DNA of 64,000 bases from Naegleria gruberi. Taxonomy: Eukaryota. Position 1 is the first letter of the stretch. Each line of letters starts with the position of its first letter. The stretch lies in the NCBI GenBank assembly GCA_000004985.1, contig GG738894.1; one strand, written 5' to 3'. The notes below the pieces were generated by a model that was not told the origin of the DNA, did not search any database, and saw nothing but the letters and a program-made list of their open reading frames with translations. Shown here one piece after another: positions 24,263-35,633 of the stretch. Position numbers and translations under genes: made by a program.

Positions 24263-24559
24263 TTAAAAGCGACTCAACAACAATGGAAAATTAATCACAA
24301 AATACATCAAAGGTACGATATTTCCCAAAATTAAAGTTGGAAGCAACCATGCCAAAGTCACAACCAAAGAACCTTCATTAAGATAAATAATAAAATTGAA
24401 AAGCAACAATCCAATATACAAATCCATCACAACTTGCCTTCCCCATTGTAAACTCATTACTGTTTTAAAAGAGCGCCAAAAAGATTCGACTCTACAGGCA
24501 TGGAGGGTGAACATGGAAAATCCCAATAGTATCAACAAGGCAATCCATTGAATCATCAC
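24263..24559 (-). CDS. Small (98 aa) hydrophobic protein with 3-4 predicted TM helices; hypothetical.
   Basis: ORF with A-rich start context (aaaaaaaagcactacacaatcccacgtgATGATG). Hydrophobic helices ALLILLGFSMFTL, VMDLYIGLLLFNFIIYL and LAWLLPTLILGNIVPLMYFVINF. No family recognised. Confidence 0.35.
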   Translation of the reverse strand: MMIQWIALLILLGFSMFTLHACRVESFWRSFKTVMSLQWGRQVVMDLYIGLLLFNFIIYLNEGSLVVTLAWLLPTLILGNIVPLMYFVINFPLLLSRF

Positions 24560-25667
24560 GTGGGATTGTGTAGTGCTTTTTTTTGTTAATTTTCAGTTTG
24601 ATATTTCTGTTGGAAAGATTATAATGAGTGATATATGTCTGAATAACATCAAATTGAAGAGGCCACTGAAAAATTATTGTGTTGACAAGGAGGTTTCGTT
24701 CAAAATAAAGGAGTTTGTTTATTACTAAACAAGTATTACTTGAATTGCAGCCGATTGTGAATTGTTTACTATTAGTAAGGTTAATGAGGCTGAAACAAGT
24801 TTCCAGGTTGACTGGGAACGTTGGCAAGATCCCAAGCTGTTTGATAACAATCAGTGCTTGGTTTGATTCTGTATCCTCGTTTATCTTTGAGATCAGTAGA
24901 AGTGTTCCAAGTAACAACTACCGACATAATGCGAAGGTGCAGTAGATATCATTGCACCAGTCAGTCAAGGATTATTTTCTAAGGCCTTCTGTGATGGCTC
25001 CAATGAGTGGAAAATTTCACTAAATTTCATTTTATAAATTTAGCTTAATTAAAATTCACATTAACCCAAATTACACAATTATATCACTAATTGCCTGCAA
25101 GTAACTATGTAATATGGCTTACAAGCTGAAATACAATACAGTTGATGATTGTGTAGTTATTGTCCAATGATAGTGTAGAATCCCAGGCCTTGGTTGTTTG
25201 AATCCTTGTTCATTCTCCGTAAACTACATTACTACTCAAATATAATAACTATTATTTCTTCTCGTTGTTGTTGGTGTATTAGCATTAGCCAAACACCATA
25301 TTGTTGTTCATCAATTCTACTTTTCGTGTTTACACCATGTTGATGAAGTAAAATATATATTCACGATGAGAAAATAAGGTTTGTTTTCCAAATTTTAAAA
25401 ACGTATTTTCTATCAAAGTAACTTTTGTCTATATTCCGTATAACATCTTGTATTAAAATATAATATTAATTTTAAAATTCATAGAAAACCATGATGAGGA
25501 CAGAGGAAGGATGAAGGGAAAATTAGCACTTGAATGAGAGACTGTACTGTTGCTTCCAAATTTTTATGTATTGCTTTAAAATTTGGCTCCAAATTTTTTA
25601 TTGTAAAAAGCTAATAGTCTCGTTGACAAAAATTATTTAGAATTTTGTTGAAAAAAAAACTCACAAG

Positions 25668-25823
25668 ATGCCAGCCAATAAGACTTTGACAAAGAAGATC
25701 AAGCTCGCCAAGAAGATGAAGCAAAACAGACCAATTCCATATTGGATCCGTTTCAGAACTGGTAACACCATCAGATATAACGCTAAGAGAAGACACTGGA
25801 GAAGAACCAAGTTGAACTTGTAA
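25668..25823 (+). CDS. RPL39: 60S ribosomal protein L39 (eL39), 51 aa, single exon. Not in the ORF track because it is shorter than 60 aa.
   Basis: Translation [51 protein letters not shown] is near-identical to eukaryotic eL39. Confidence 0.9.
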   Translation: MPANKTLTKKIKLAKKMKQNRPIPYWIRFRTGNTIRYNAKRRHWRRTKLNL

Positions 25824-26149
25824 ATTTAGTTTTCTGCTTTACCAATAAACTTTATTTAAATTTAAAAAGTAGAGCCTTTTTAATAGTAGAACATCAACAA
25901 CAACATCAGCTACAACAATTACTAGTATGGTCTATTTACTGTGATAGAGTACTTCATTCTAGTATCTTCCAAACCTTCTTATCTGTGTCGTTTTTGCATC
26001 ATTATTTTATTTGGTAGGAGCCAACAAGGCTTATTATCTCTTATGATGTTATGAACATTAACTCCCAACAACACAAATTCTTACACTCAACACATCATGC
26101 TTAGGTACCCACCTAATTATCATGAAATAACAATGAACACAAGCAAAAA

Positions 26150-27652
26150 ATGTCTCAAGACGAATTAACAACCATATCTTCCTACACTCCATCTCCAAAT
26201 TCTGAGATGGATGTCTGTGATAATCCACTCTCCACTCGTTATGCTAGCAAGGAAATGACCTTTAACTTTTCTCCAAAGAAGAAATTCTCTACGTGGCGTG
26301 AGTTGTGGTATGCTCTTGCTATTGAAGAACAAACTCTCGGATTGGAACAAATCACTCAAGAACAATTGAAGGAAATGAGAGAACATTTGGTGATTCAAGA
26401 TGAGGAGATTACTCTTGCTGCCAATTATGAAAAAAAGTTTAGACATGATGTAATGTCTCATGTTCATGCCTTTGGAGATGTTTGTCCGAGTGCTAGACCA
26501 ATTATTCACTTGGGAGCTACTAGTTGTTATGTTGGTGATAATACTGATCTTATTCAAATGAGAGATGGTATGAAGATTATTCAATCGAAATTGTTGCGTG
26601 TCATGCAGTTAATGAAGAGTTTTTGTTTAAAGTATAAGGATTTACCATGTTTGGGATTTACTCATTTCCAACCTGCTCAATTGACTACTGTTGGAAAGAG
26701 AGCTACTTTGTGGTTGCAAGATTTCTTACTCGATCACGAACAATTAATTCACCAATTGGAAAATTTACCTTTCAGAGGTGTTAAGGGTACAACTGGTACT
26801 CAAGGATCTTTCCTCCATTTATTCAATGGAGATCATGAAAAGGTTAAGGAATTGGATAGAAAAGTTACCAAGAGAATGGGTTTCTCCAAATCTATTCCAG
26901 TAAGTGGACAAACCTATACAAGAAAGATTGATTTCCAAGTTTTGAGTGTCTTGTCTCAAATCAGTCAATCTGCTCACAAGTTTGCCACTGATATTCGTCT
27001 CTTGATGAGTATGAAGGAAATTGATGAACCATTCGAAAAGAATCAAATTGGTTCAAGTGCTATGGCCTATAAGAGAAATCCAATGAGATGTGAAAGAATT
27101 TGCTCACTGAGTAGATTTGTCATGTCACTCCTCTCCAACACTGCTCACACTCACGCCAATCAATGGTTTGAAAGAACTCTTGATGATAGTGCCAATAGAA
27201 GATTATCCATTGCTCAAGCTTTCCTTGGTGTTGATGGTATTTTGAATATTGTTGCCAATGTTTGTGATGGTTTGGTTGTTTGGCCTTTGGTCATTGAAAA
27301 ACATACTATGGCTGAACTTCCATTCATGGCCACTGAAAATATCTTGATGGCTGCTGTTAAGGCAGGAGGTGATAGACAAGTTTTGCATGAAGTGATCAGA
27401 GTTCACTCATTGGAAGCTGCTAGACGTGTCAAGGAAGAGGGCGCTGAGAATGATTTGTTTACCAGATTGGTCAATGATGAGGCATTCAAATCAGTCATCT
27501 CTGTAGATAAGATTAAGGAAATGATGGATGCCAAGTTGTACATTGGACGATCAAATGTGCAAACTGAAGAATTTATTGGGAATGAAATTGATCCAGTTTT
27601 GAATGAATATAAGGATTTGATTCCAACCCAAGATTATCAACTCAAAGTTTAA
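26150..27652 (+). CDS. ADSL: Adenylosuccinate lyase (purine biosynthesis), single exon, 500 aa.
   Basis: Collinear high identity with human ADSL: PLSTRYASKEM.F.FS...F.TWR.LW..LA..EQTLGL; RHDVM.HVH.FG..CP.A..IIHLGATSCYVGDNTDLI; fumarate-lyase signature region GSSAMAYKRNPMR.ER. Confidence 0.95.
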   Translation: MSQDELTTISSYTPSPNSEMDVCDNPLSTRYASKEMTFNFSPKKKFSTWRELWYALAIEEQTLGLEQITQEQLKEMREHLVIQDEEITLAANYEKKFRHDVMSHVHAFGDVCPSARPIIHLGATSCYVGDNTDLIQMRDGMKIIQSKLLRVMQLMKSFCLKYKDLPCLGFTHFQPAQLTTVGKRATLWLQDFLLDHEQLIHQLENLPFRGVKGTTGTQGSFLHLFNGDHEKVKELDRKVTKRMGFSKSIPVSGQTYTRKIDFQVLSVLSQISQSAHKFATDIRLLMSMKEIDEPFEKNQIGSSAMAYKRNPMRCERICSLSRFVMSLLSNTAHTHANQWFERTLDDSANRRLSIAQAFLGVDGILNIVANVCDGLVVWPLVIEKHTMAELPFMATENILMAAVKAGGDRQVLHEVIRVHSLEAARRVKEEGAENDLFTRLVNDEAFKSVISVDKIKEMMDAKLYIGRSNVQTEEFIGNEIDPVLNEYKDLIPTQDYQLKV

Positions 27653-27764
27653 TTTTAACAATTTTGTAAATAGGAAGATAAAGTGATTTTTAAATTATTT
27701 CTCTATTCTTTAGTTACTTAAATAAGAATATCATATTTTAAAGAAGATTACTAGTTCAAGCTTT

Positions 27765-30128
27765 TTATCTATACAAATTATACTGAGACAAGACATCTCT
27801 CATTTGTTGCTGTTGCTTCTTTGAAATGTGTTTGACAGAGGTCTTGTGCTTGTGTCCTCGTGAACCATTACCATGACCTCCTCTACTTTCCTTATGTTGA
27901 GCCTTTTCTTTTCTTTCAAGGGAGACTGTTTGCTTTAGTGCTTCCTCAATGAGATTTCTACAAATTTCTTGATACTCGAAAGAACGTTCTCTTTCCTTGA
28001 ATGGTTCCAATCTGTACGACAGCCAAGAGTAGACATTCAAACACTTGTACATTACTTCAAGTTCCTTCAATTTGATTAAAGTATTGATTGGCTTCATTGT
28101 ATTTGGATTTGGTAACAGGAGTGGCACATCCTTTCCTTCAGAGTACAACTTGGCCCACTTGAATGCCATATCCTTACACAGAGATTCATCTGGATCTATT
28201 GGTGACTTGACAAATATCATTCTCTCTGCAGTTGTCAAATTTTCAATTGGGTGAATGATATTGGCAATATCTTTCTTTTCCTCAATTTCACACATAAAGT
28301 ATTTACCCTTATTGACCTGAGTAATTTCATAGAACTTGGCAAGAATGGTACTCAATCTAACTCGGTGATTTTCATTATCAAATTGTCGGGAGAAGTGATC
28401 AATTTGTTCATCAGTTGGGAATAGGCCAGCTCTCAAAGCCTCTTCCTCCAAAGTTGGATCGTATGAAAATGCTTGATGAATAACCTTACAATCTCCATTA
28501 CGGAAAGAAGTAACTTCACCCTCCTCGAATGCACTGTTAAATCTACCAGCTCTACCTCCAATTTGTTTGATTTCGTGTGGTGTGAGGGTTCTCACTTCCT
28601 TACCATCAAACTTTTCAGTGGCACTAAAGATAACACGTCTAATATTCAAATTCAAACCCATTCCAATAGCATCGGTAGCAACGAGAACATCATATGGAGA
28701 TCTTTCATGATTAAACAAGGCAGCTTGAATAATTCTGGTTTGAGGTGGTAATCCTCCATAGACAACACAAACTCTCAAATTGGTTGATTTTTCAATTTCA
28801 TTCTTCATTCTAAAAACTTCCTTTCTCGAGAAACAAACAATACAATCACCCTTTTCCAAATCATTGAATGATTTAAGTGTTGCTTGTTTGGTAATGTTCA
28901 ACTTGGTCAATCTGTTATATTCCTTAACTTCCAATTCATCACCAGTATCTTGACACAATTTTTCAATTAATTTCAAAACTCTACCTTCACCACAGAGGTG
29001 AACTTCATTGGCTCTAACACCCAAGAGAGCCTTCGTCCATGACCAACCTCTATCTGGATCAGTAATGAGCTGAATTTCATCAATGACAGCAACATCAATC
29101 TCCGAACTAATGTCTGCCATTTCTGTGGTTGAGCAAGTGTGAGTAGCATTTTCAACTTCAATCTTAAAGTCACCTGTTATGAGTTGGCAGGTTGACAGAG
29201 GATTATCTCCTGAAGTCAATTTGACATAGGCCTCTGTAGCGAGCAATCTCAATGGTGCACAATAAATACCAGTCTTGGCATTTCTCAATGCTTGGAATGC
29301 ACTATATGTCTTACCACTGTTTGTTGGACCAATGTGGAATATGATTTTTCTCTTCTTGAGACGAGTCAAAGGGTACAATTGATGAGGTTCAGTCAAATCA
29401 GCAATTTTAAGAATTCGCTCCTCCTCAATCTGATCTTCTAAATCTTTGAGATACAAGCTCCACATTAAATCTTCTGCTTTCCCATCTCTTTGAGCCATCT
29501 TGAAGGCCTTTTTAATCTTGGTTCTCATATCATTATTCGTCTCGAAAGTATGTAAAAAGTTATATCTGAAAGATGAAATTGTAGATTCCCAATCTTCTTC
29601 ATCCTCAATACCTAGTGTCTTTGCAGATTCAATTCTCTCAGAATTTCGTGACATGTTTGCAATCACTTGATCTAAAAACTCCAAATTAATGAGTCCTCTC
29701 TCAACAGTTTCCAGAGAATAATGTGATGGTTCTTTAAAATCGAGTAAATCAGTAATTTCCTCATTTCTTTCTTTCACTTTTTTAGTTGCCTTGTTTGGAT
29801 TAAAACTAATTGAAAATTTGTTATTCATCATTTCATTCGAAATGCAATTATTATTCACGAGAAGTAACTTTTTACTACTCCTCATTCCTACAAGACTCTT
29901 TCCTCCATTAATATTATTATTAGTACTTTTAGAATTTTCAAATAATTGTCCCTTTTGCATCATCTTTGAACAAGTCATCTTTCCATATGAATTACTATTA
30001 TTATTATTGCCATGCACACCACAACCAACCAAAGCATTAGCAGCACTAACCCGAATCTTTCCGTTGCTTATGCTGTTGTTGTTCATTGTCGACAATAGCG
30101 GTTTGATTAAAAGCCATTGTTTGAACAT
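27765..30128 (-). CDS. SUPV3L1: ATP-dependent RNA helicase SUV3 (mitochondrial degradosome helicase), 787 aa, single exon.
   Basis: SUV3-specific helicase motifs: KIIFHIGPTNSGKTYSAFQAL...GIYCAPLRLLATE (motif I/Ia); VIDEIQ (DExQ); VCVVYGGLPPQTR...DVLVATDAIGMGLNLNIRRVIF. N-terminus MFKQWLLIKPLLST looks like a mitochondrial presequence. Confidence 0.9.
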   Translation of the reverse strand: MFKQWLLIKPLLSTMNNNSISNGKIRVSAANALVGCGVHGNNNNSNSYGKMTCSKMMQKGQLFENSKSTNNNINGGKSLVGMRSSKKLLLVNNNCISNEMMNNKFSISFNPNKATKKVKERNEEITDLLDFKEPSHYSLETVERGLINLEFLDQVIANMSRNSERIESAKTLGIEDEEDWESTISSFRYNFLHTFETNNDMRTKIKKAFKMAQRDGKAEDLMWSLYLKDLEDQIEEERILKIADLTEPHQLYPLTRLKKRKIIFHIGPTNSGKTYSAFQALRNAKTGIYCAPLRLLATEAYVKLTSGDNPLSTCQLITGDFKIEVENATHTCSTTEMADISSEIDVAVIDEIQLITDPDRGWSWTKALLGVRANEVHLCGEGRVLKLIEKLCQDTGDELEVKEYNRLTKLNITKQATLKSFNDLEKGDCIVCFSRKEVFRMKNEIEKSTNLRVCVVYGGLPPQTRIIQAALFNHERSPYDVLVATDAIGMGLNLNIRRVIFSATEKFDGKEVRTLTPHEIKQIGGRAGRFNSAFEEGEVTSFRNGDCKVIHQAFSYDPTLEEEALRAGLFPTDEQIDHFSRQFDNENHRVRLSTILAKFYEITQVNKGKYFMCEIEEKKDIANIIHPIENLTTAERMIFVKSPIDPDESLCKDMAFKWAKLYSEGKDVPLLLPNPNTMKPINTLIKLKELEVMYKCLNVYSWLSYRLEPFKERERSFEYQEICRNLIEEALKQTVSLERKEKAQHKESRGGHGNGSRGHKHKTSVKHISKKQQQQMRDVLSQYNLYR

Positions 30129-30864
30129 TTTTTTGATTTTGATTTGAAGAAATCGAAAAGATTGGTGAAAATTGTTTCAATCGTGAATTGAATGAAATAT
30201 TTACATCAAGTCTTGATGATAGAAATTGGATAAGGAATTGATAAGGGTAATCATTAGTGTGTGTGATGGATTGAAAGAAACCTTCCTTGGAAAGCAAAAA
30301 TAGATTCTCAAAGAATTAGTATTCGAGAAAATAATTACACTTCATTCTACAACAATAACAGCAACATTATCTTCCAGTTGTACAACTTTAAAGCAGATCA
30401 TTGCAAAGGCCTTCATTGTTGTCAAACAATAACTTCATCAATTGGAGTAATCCACGTTGTGCTGGAAAAAAATAAGCTTTTCTAAAAATTGTGGAAAGAG
30501 AGAAAAAGCCTTCGCTGTTGTAAGATCACCTGCCACTGCTACATAGCTTCATCATTTGTTTGCAAAGTAGAAGGCTCTCTTGTCAAGAATAACATAGTAG
30601 TTGTGTTTCTAGATTGGATAATTTTTTGATAAAACAAAAGGAGGAACACATTCTCAAGGGGTTGTTGTTGAATACAATTGGAACACTATTCTTTACGAGA
30701 CAATTCTACTATAATTTTTGTAATTAGGAAGACTAGAATACTTTGTTTTACTCACTTGCTTTTTGTATTATAGTAGCATTTGGACAGGAATTAAATTTTG
30801 GAGTGAACATCCTTCTTCTTCTTCAGTTAACTACATCATCACTGCTGAAGAACCATCTTCTTGA

Positions 30865-32577
30865 ATGGAAATGAATGGAAAGAATTCTTCTTCTTCCTCT
30901 TCTAATGGGTCTTCTCTTTCATCTAAAACCCACTGTAAACATTTTCAGAAATTACTTGTTGAACAACCTGCAAATCCAACCTCAGCCTATGATGAGTATG
31001 GTGAATTGAGTATGGATAATAGCCTGGCAACGTATTTAAATTCTTCCCGTACTAGTTCGACTTTATCACAACTTTCGAGATGCAACTGTTGCACCAATCA
31101 CTTCTCATTGAAGGATGAGAATGTCATGTGCACTGCTTGTTTTCACATATTCACACTTCACACCTTCAGTGAAGGCAAACAAGAAAGAGAGAGCACTTCT
31201 TGCCCTCAATGTAAAAATGATATCACCTTCCACCTCACTTATAAGGAGTTCTTTTGTTTGGAGTGTTTTGATTTTGTAACTCTGGAACATGACTCTTTGA
31301 AATACGTTCTTCTTCCCTCACTCTTTTCCTCATCCATCATGAACAATTCATCGGATAAGCAGAGTGAAAAGAAGAGAAAAATTTCCCACAATACTAGTAG
31401 GGAAACTACCGAGAAAACAAATAAGGATTTTAATTTGGAATCATCCATCAAGACAATGCTCAAGAGTTCTGTAAATACACGAGAAAACTCATTATTGGGC
31501 CTTAGAGGAATGGTAAATTTAGGAAACACTTGTTTCATGAACTGTATATTACAAACACTTTCACATATTATTCCATTGAGAAATTACTTCCTCTCTGGAA
31601 CAACAGTTTTGAAAATAGAATCAGAAATTGAGAATAATCCCGAATACAGCTCAGAATATGATCTGAAAACCTACCTGTCCATAAGTAAGGCTGTCAGGAA
31701 TATGTACACTGAAATGTATAACCCATCCAATAGCACGACAGCTATCAAGAGCAAAAAGAGATCGAGTAATGGTAAGAGAAAATCAGATGGAGATGAAGTA
31801 ATCGAGGAAACTGTCTTTCCATTCGTTCCAGATCAATTTCTCTATCTCATTTGGAATGCTGCAGGAAATTTGGCTGGCTATCAACAACAGGATGCTCACG
31901 AATTTTATATCACTCTCCTCTCCTTCCTCATGCCTGTAAAATTACCAAATAATCAGAGTAATACCATTCAGGAATTATTTACTGGTCAAGTTCAATCAGA
32001 TATTATTTGTAAACATTGTGGACATGTTTCATCAACTATGGAACCAATACTCGATGTTTCTCTTGCTCTTAAGGGAAAGAGTGGAAAGGAATGGATTGAT
32101 TTAGAATCATTGGAGGAATGTTTGGAAAAGTATACGAATGACGAAAGTTTGGAAATTAATGATTATTCATGTTCCAGTTGCAAAACCAAAGCCACCATTA
32201 CCAAACAGCTCAAATTTTCAAAATTGCCAAAACTTGTATGTTTCCATCTGAAACGTTTTGAACACAATGAAGGAGTTGGAAGAAAATCAGCATCCAGTTC
32301 CAAAATTGATGAACACATTTCATTCCCATTCACTTTAAATATGACACCTTACATGTCAAGATCATCACAAACGAAGGACAATAACTCACCAACAACGGAG
32401 GAGTACTCACTCTTTTCTGTGGTTTGTCACACTGGAGATATGAGTGGAGGTCACTATACTTGTTTCGTTAAGCATGATGTTCAATGGTATTTGTGTAATG
32501 ACTCGTCCGTTTACTATGCCATGGAGGAAGATGTTGCCGATAGTGAAGCTTACTGTTTGTTTTACATGAAGAAATAA
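30865..32577 (+). CDS. Ubiquitin carboxyl-terminal hydrolase with N-terminal Cys/His-rich ZnF-UBP-like region (USP22/Ubp8-type architecture), 570 aa, single exon.
   Basis: Cys box GLRGMVNLGNTCFMNCILQTL. His box YSLFSVVCHTGDMSGGHYTCFVK...WYLCNDS.V. N-terminal C/H-rich segment (CKHF...CNCC...CTAC...CPQC...CLEC). Size is typical of SAGA-type DUBs. Confidence 0.85.
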   Translation: MEMNGKNSSSSSSNGSSLSSKTHCKHFQKLLVEQPANPTSAYDEYGELSMDNSLATYLNSSRTSSTLSQLSRCNCCTNHFSLKDENVMCTACFHIFTLHTFSEGKQERESTSCPQCKNDITFHLTYKEFFCLECFDFVTLEHDSLKYVLLPSLFSSSIMNNSSDKQSEKKRKISHNTSRETTEKTNKDFNLESSIKTMLKSSVNTRENSLLGLRGMVNLGNTCFMNCILQTLSHIIPLRNYFLSGTTVLKIESEIENNPEYSSEYDLKTYLSISKAVRNMYTEMYNPSNSTTAIKSKKRSSNGKRKSDGDEVIEETVFPFVPDQFLYLIWNAAGNLAGYQQQDAHEFYITLLSFLMPVKLPNNQSNTIQELFTGQVQSDIICKHCGHVSSTMEPILDVSLALKGKSGKEWIDLESLEECLEKYTNDESLEINDYSCSSCKTKATITKQLKFSKLPKLVCFHLKRFEHNEGVGRKSASSSKIDEHISFPFTLNMTPYMSRSSQTKDNNSPTTEEYSLFSVVCHTGDMSGGHYTCFVKHDVQWYLCNDSSVYYAMEEDVADSEAYCLFYMKK

Positions 32578-32938
32578 TTAATATGATATTCTTCAATATC
32601 ATATCATATTACGAGATGTGTTGATAAATAATTCCTAGAGAAATGTTGGCAAGCCAATTTTGCAAGTCGTGGCTTGTGCAATAAATTCTTTAAAAGTGTA
32701 TGTTTTTCACATGATGTTAAAATTAATTATTGAATATGATGCTGAAACAAAATAGAAATGCAAGATGTTGTTTTCAAATTGAATCCTGTGCGATAGTTTT
32801 TATTGTCAGGTGAGAATTGATGAAGAAGGTTGATAATTTTTTTCCCTCTACCTTCCCTTCAAAAATATTCATTGTAAACAACGTGCAAACTAGTTAACCG
32901 GCAAAAAATAAAAAGTTTTGTTGAAAAAAAATATCGAA

Positions 32939-33398
32939 ATGTCTACTCAAACAAAGCAAACCACCCAACAACAAGGAAAGGTAAGCATATCTAGAACAAC
33001 AAATACTTAACATTCTTCCTCTCTATTATTATTCACCCAATTCATAAATACTTGTGGAAATAACATTATTACAGAAGAAGACTTCTGAAAACATCAATGC
33101 TCGTCTTCAATTGGTCATGAAGAGCGGTAAATACACTTTGGGTTATGCTGAAACCATGAAGAACTTGAGACAAGCTAAGGCTAAACTCATCATTGTTTCT
33201 AACAACATTCCTCCAATCAGAAAGTCAGAAATCGAATATTACTCCATGTTGTCCCACGCTGATATTTACTTCTATCCTGGTAACAATATTGAACTCGGTA
33301 CTGCTTGTGGTAGATATCACTCTGTTGGTGTCATGTCTGTTTTGGAAGCCGGTGACTCTGATATCGTTAGAGCTGTCAAGATGATGCAAAATCAATAA
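32939..33398 (+). CDS. RPL30: 60S ribosomal protein L30 (eL30). Two exons, 32939-32980 and 33075-33398; intron 94 nt.
   Basis: Exon 1 [14 protein letters not shown] ends at GTAAGC(32981). Acceptor TTATTACAG ends at 33074. Joined protein ...[26 protein letters not shown]...[25 protein letters not shown]....[28 protein letters not shown] matches human RPL30 closely. Confidence 0.9.
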
Positions 33399-33554
33399 AT
33401 TTAAAAATTAAAATTATTAATTAATTCATTAACTTCAATGTTTTTCACTACCATAAAAAACGTTGGTATCTTATCCAACTACATTTTTCTCTCCTAGACT
33501 CAGATATTCATCTGATTGAAGTGGTAGAAAGAGTAAAAAAACAATTTTTAAAAA

Positions 33555-34136
33555 ATGTCTTCAAATAATAATCAAAGATTGCCACCAATTCATGAATTGG
33601 CTCCATTGATGAGAAATCCGAATAACCCTGTTGTATTCTTTGATGTTAGCATTGGTGGTCATGCAGTTGGTAGAATTAAAATTGAATTATTTGCTGATGT
33701 TACACCAAAGACTGCTGAAAACTTCCGACAATTCTGCACAGGGGAACATTTAAAGAATGGAGTGCCTGTTGGATACAAGGGTTGTGCTTTTCATAGAGTT
33801 ATTAAAGATTTTATGATTCAGGGAGGTGATTTTGTTTCTGGAGATGGAACTGGATCTTACTCAACATTTGGAACTGATCAATTCAATGATGAGAATTTTA
33901 CTTTAAAACATGATAGACCTGGAATTCTTTCAATGGCCAACAGTGGTCCAAATTCAAATGGTTGTCAATTCTTTTTAACAACAACTAAAACACCATGGTT
34001 GGATGGAAAACACGTTGTTTTTGGAGCTGTATTGAAAGGATTTGAAGTTGTGAAAAAAGTTGAAGCTGTAGCAGTTTTTGGTTCATCAAACAAACCAAAA
34101 ATGTCATGTCTCATTACTGAATGTGGAGAGTTGTAA
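33555..34136 (+). CDS. PPIH: Peptidyl-prolyl cis-trans isomerase, cyclophilin H type (U4/U6 snRNP cyclophilin), 193 aa, single exon.
   Basis: About 70% identity with human PPIH over the whole domain: [37 protein letters not shown]...[28 protein letters not shown]...[32 protein letters not shown]. Confidence 0.95.
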   Translation: MSSNNNQRLPPIHELAPLMRNPNNPVVFFDVSIGGHAVGRIKIELFADVTPKTAENFRQFCTGEHLKNGVPVGYKGCAFHRVIKDFMIQGGDFVSGDGTGSYSTFGTDQFNDENFTLKHDRPGILSMANSGPNSNGCQFFLTTTKTPWLDGKHVVFGAVLKGFEVVKKVEAVAVFGSSNKPKMSCLITECGEL

Positions 34137-34352
34137 GATGTGAAATGAGGATTAGTGACAAGTATGATAGTTAACATGATATTTCAATTATAATAATTTA
34201 AGACTTGGATTTATTCTATCATACATTTAACACTCGCTTAATTGAGTTATTTCATATTCGATTATTGAATAATTGAGACATTTGTAAAGAAAACAAACTC
34301 TATGTACAACAGTTTTAACAGAATATATTCAAGATTTGTAAAGTAAAGTTAT

Positions 34353-35633
34353 TTAATTTTTCAAAATGAAATCTCTGAGACGATTTTGGCTAGAGGCAAA
34401 GGATAAACAAGAGACAAGGGTTTCACAATTTTGTCTACGATCCCAAATGAATGGGCACAAGTCACGAATGATAGTGTCCTTATTATTATCGTGTGCAAAT
34501 GATCTTACAAGTAAACATGTCGAAGAGCAATCCATTGTTGCAATATTATTGGTCTTCTTCAATTGTTGAACGGCTTTTACCTTATCAGATTCAAAATTGA
34601 ATAATGAAATAATTCTGATAAGATCACTATTACCCATTGGAGAAATTTGAGATGTGGAGTATGTTACAAGAATCTTCATCTTGTCACTATCAAAACTCTT
34701 TCCTTGACAAGCAGTAATTATTGTATTGGCAAGTGAGCTCGATGTAACTGGCGTTGTTTGCATATAAACTTGAGGTTGACCATATGGTTGTGGTTGAGAG
34801 AATGGTTGTGGTTGTCCAAATGGCTGTGGTCGACCGAATGGTTGTGGAGGAGTAAATGGTTGAGGTTGGCTAAAAGGTTGTTGAGGTGGATAATTTGGAT
34901 TCATTGGTGGATTATAGGTTGGGGGAATAATAGTGCTTGGAGTTGTAAATGAAACACTAATACCAGAATTTCCAATAGAAACACCATATCCAGTATTCAC
35001 AGTAGTTGGTTGCATGGATTGCATGGTGCATCTGAAAACATCACCATTTGAAAGTGGAATATTGTTCATATCATATGTTTCAGCTCTCAAAGGATGTTGA
35101 GTTCCTTGGAATTGAATATACATGGTATGCTTATTCGAGGAGATATCTTTGATAACATAGAATTCTGCACTTCTTCCATCTTGTTGATTTCTCATCGTGA
35201 AATATCCAGCATGTGGACAAGAAGTGATGGTCCAGGATTTGCCAGAATTTTCAGTATAAGTAGTATTGACATTTTGTTGATTCATTACGGAAGAGGCCAC
35301 CATTCCATGATTCAATCCATTAACATTATAGACACTTGGTTGGGAAAAGTTGGCACTACTTGAAGCTCTATAAAAGTTATCACCCATTCCGTACAATGTA
35401 TTTCCATCTGGGCTAGAAGTGAGTCTCCAATGCACATTTCCATCAAATGTAATGTGAATTGCCCAATCACTTACACTTGTTGGTGATACCTTAGTTGAGA
35501 CCAGTGTACCTGTGGCCATTCTATTGGTTCCCTGTTGAATCCATTGAAAGGAATTTCCATTTTGTGTTGACTGCCAAATTCTACCACTTCCCTCTCTCCA
35601 GGAACCTCCAATACTTGGTGTGACGTTACCCAT
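34353..35633 (-). CDS. N-myristoylation-signal protein (MGN...) with a beta-rich N-terminal domain, a P/Q-rich repeat linker (PQPFGQPQPF x ~8) and a C-terminal DUF4476-like domain; 426 aa.
   Basis: Long ORF starting MGNVTPSIGG. Repeat PQPF(S/T/G)(Q/P/R)PQPF between ~aa 230-280. The C-terminal ~110 aa (ACQGKSFDSDKMKILVTYSTSQISPMGNSDLIRIISLFNFESDKVKAVQQL...) resembles DUF4476 from memory only. Confidence 0.5.
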   Translation of the reverse strand: MGNVTPSIGGSWREGSGRIWQSTQNGNSFQWIQQGTNRMATGTLVSTKVSPTSVSDWAIHITFDGNVHWRLTSSPDGNTLYGMGDNFYRASSSANFSQPSVYNVNGLNHGMVASSVMNQQNVNTTYTENSGKSWTITSCPHAGYFTMRNQQDGRSAEFYVIKDISSNKHTMYIQFQGTQHPLRAETYDMNNIPLSNGDVFRCTMQSMQPTTVNTGYGVSIGNSGISVSFTTPSTIIPPTYNPPMNPNYPPQQPFSQPQPFTPPQPFGRPQPFGQPQPFSQPQPYGQPQVYMQTTPVTSSSLANTIITACQGKSFDSDKMKILVTYSTSQISPMGNSDLIRIISLFNFESDKVKAVQQLKKTNNIATMDCSSTCLLVRSFAHDNNKDTIIRDLCPFIWDRRQNCETLVSCLSFASSQNRLRDFILKN

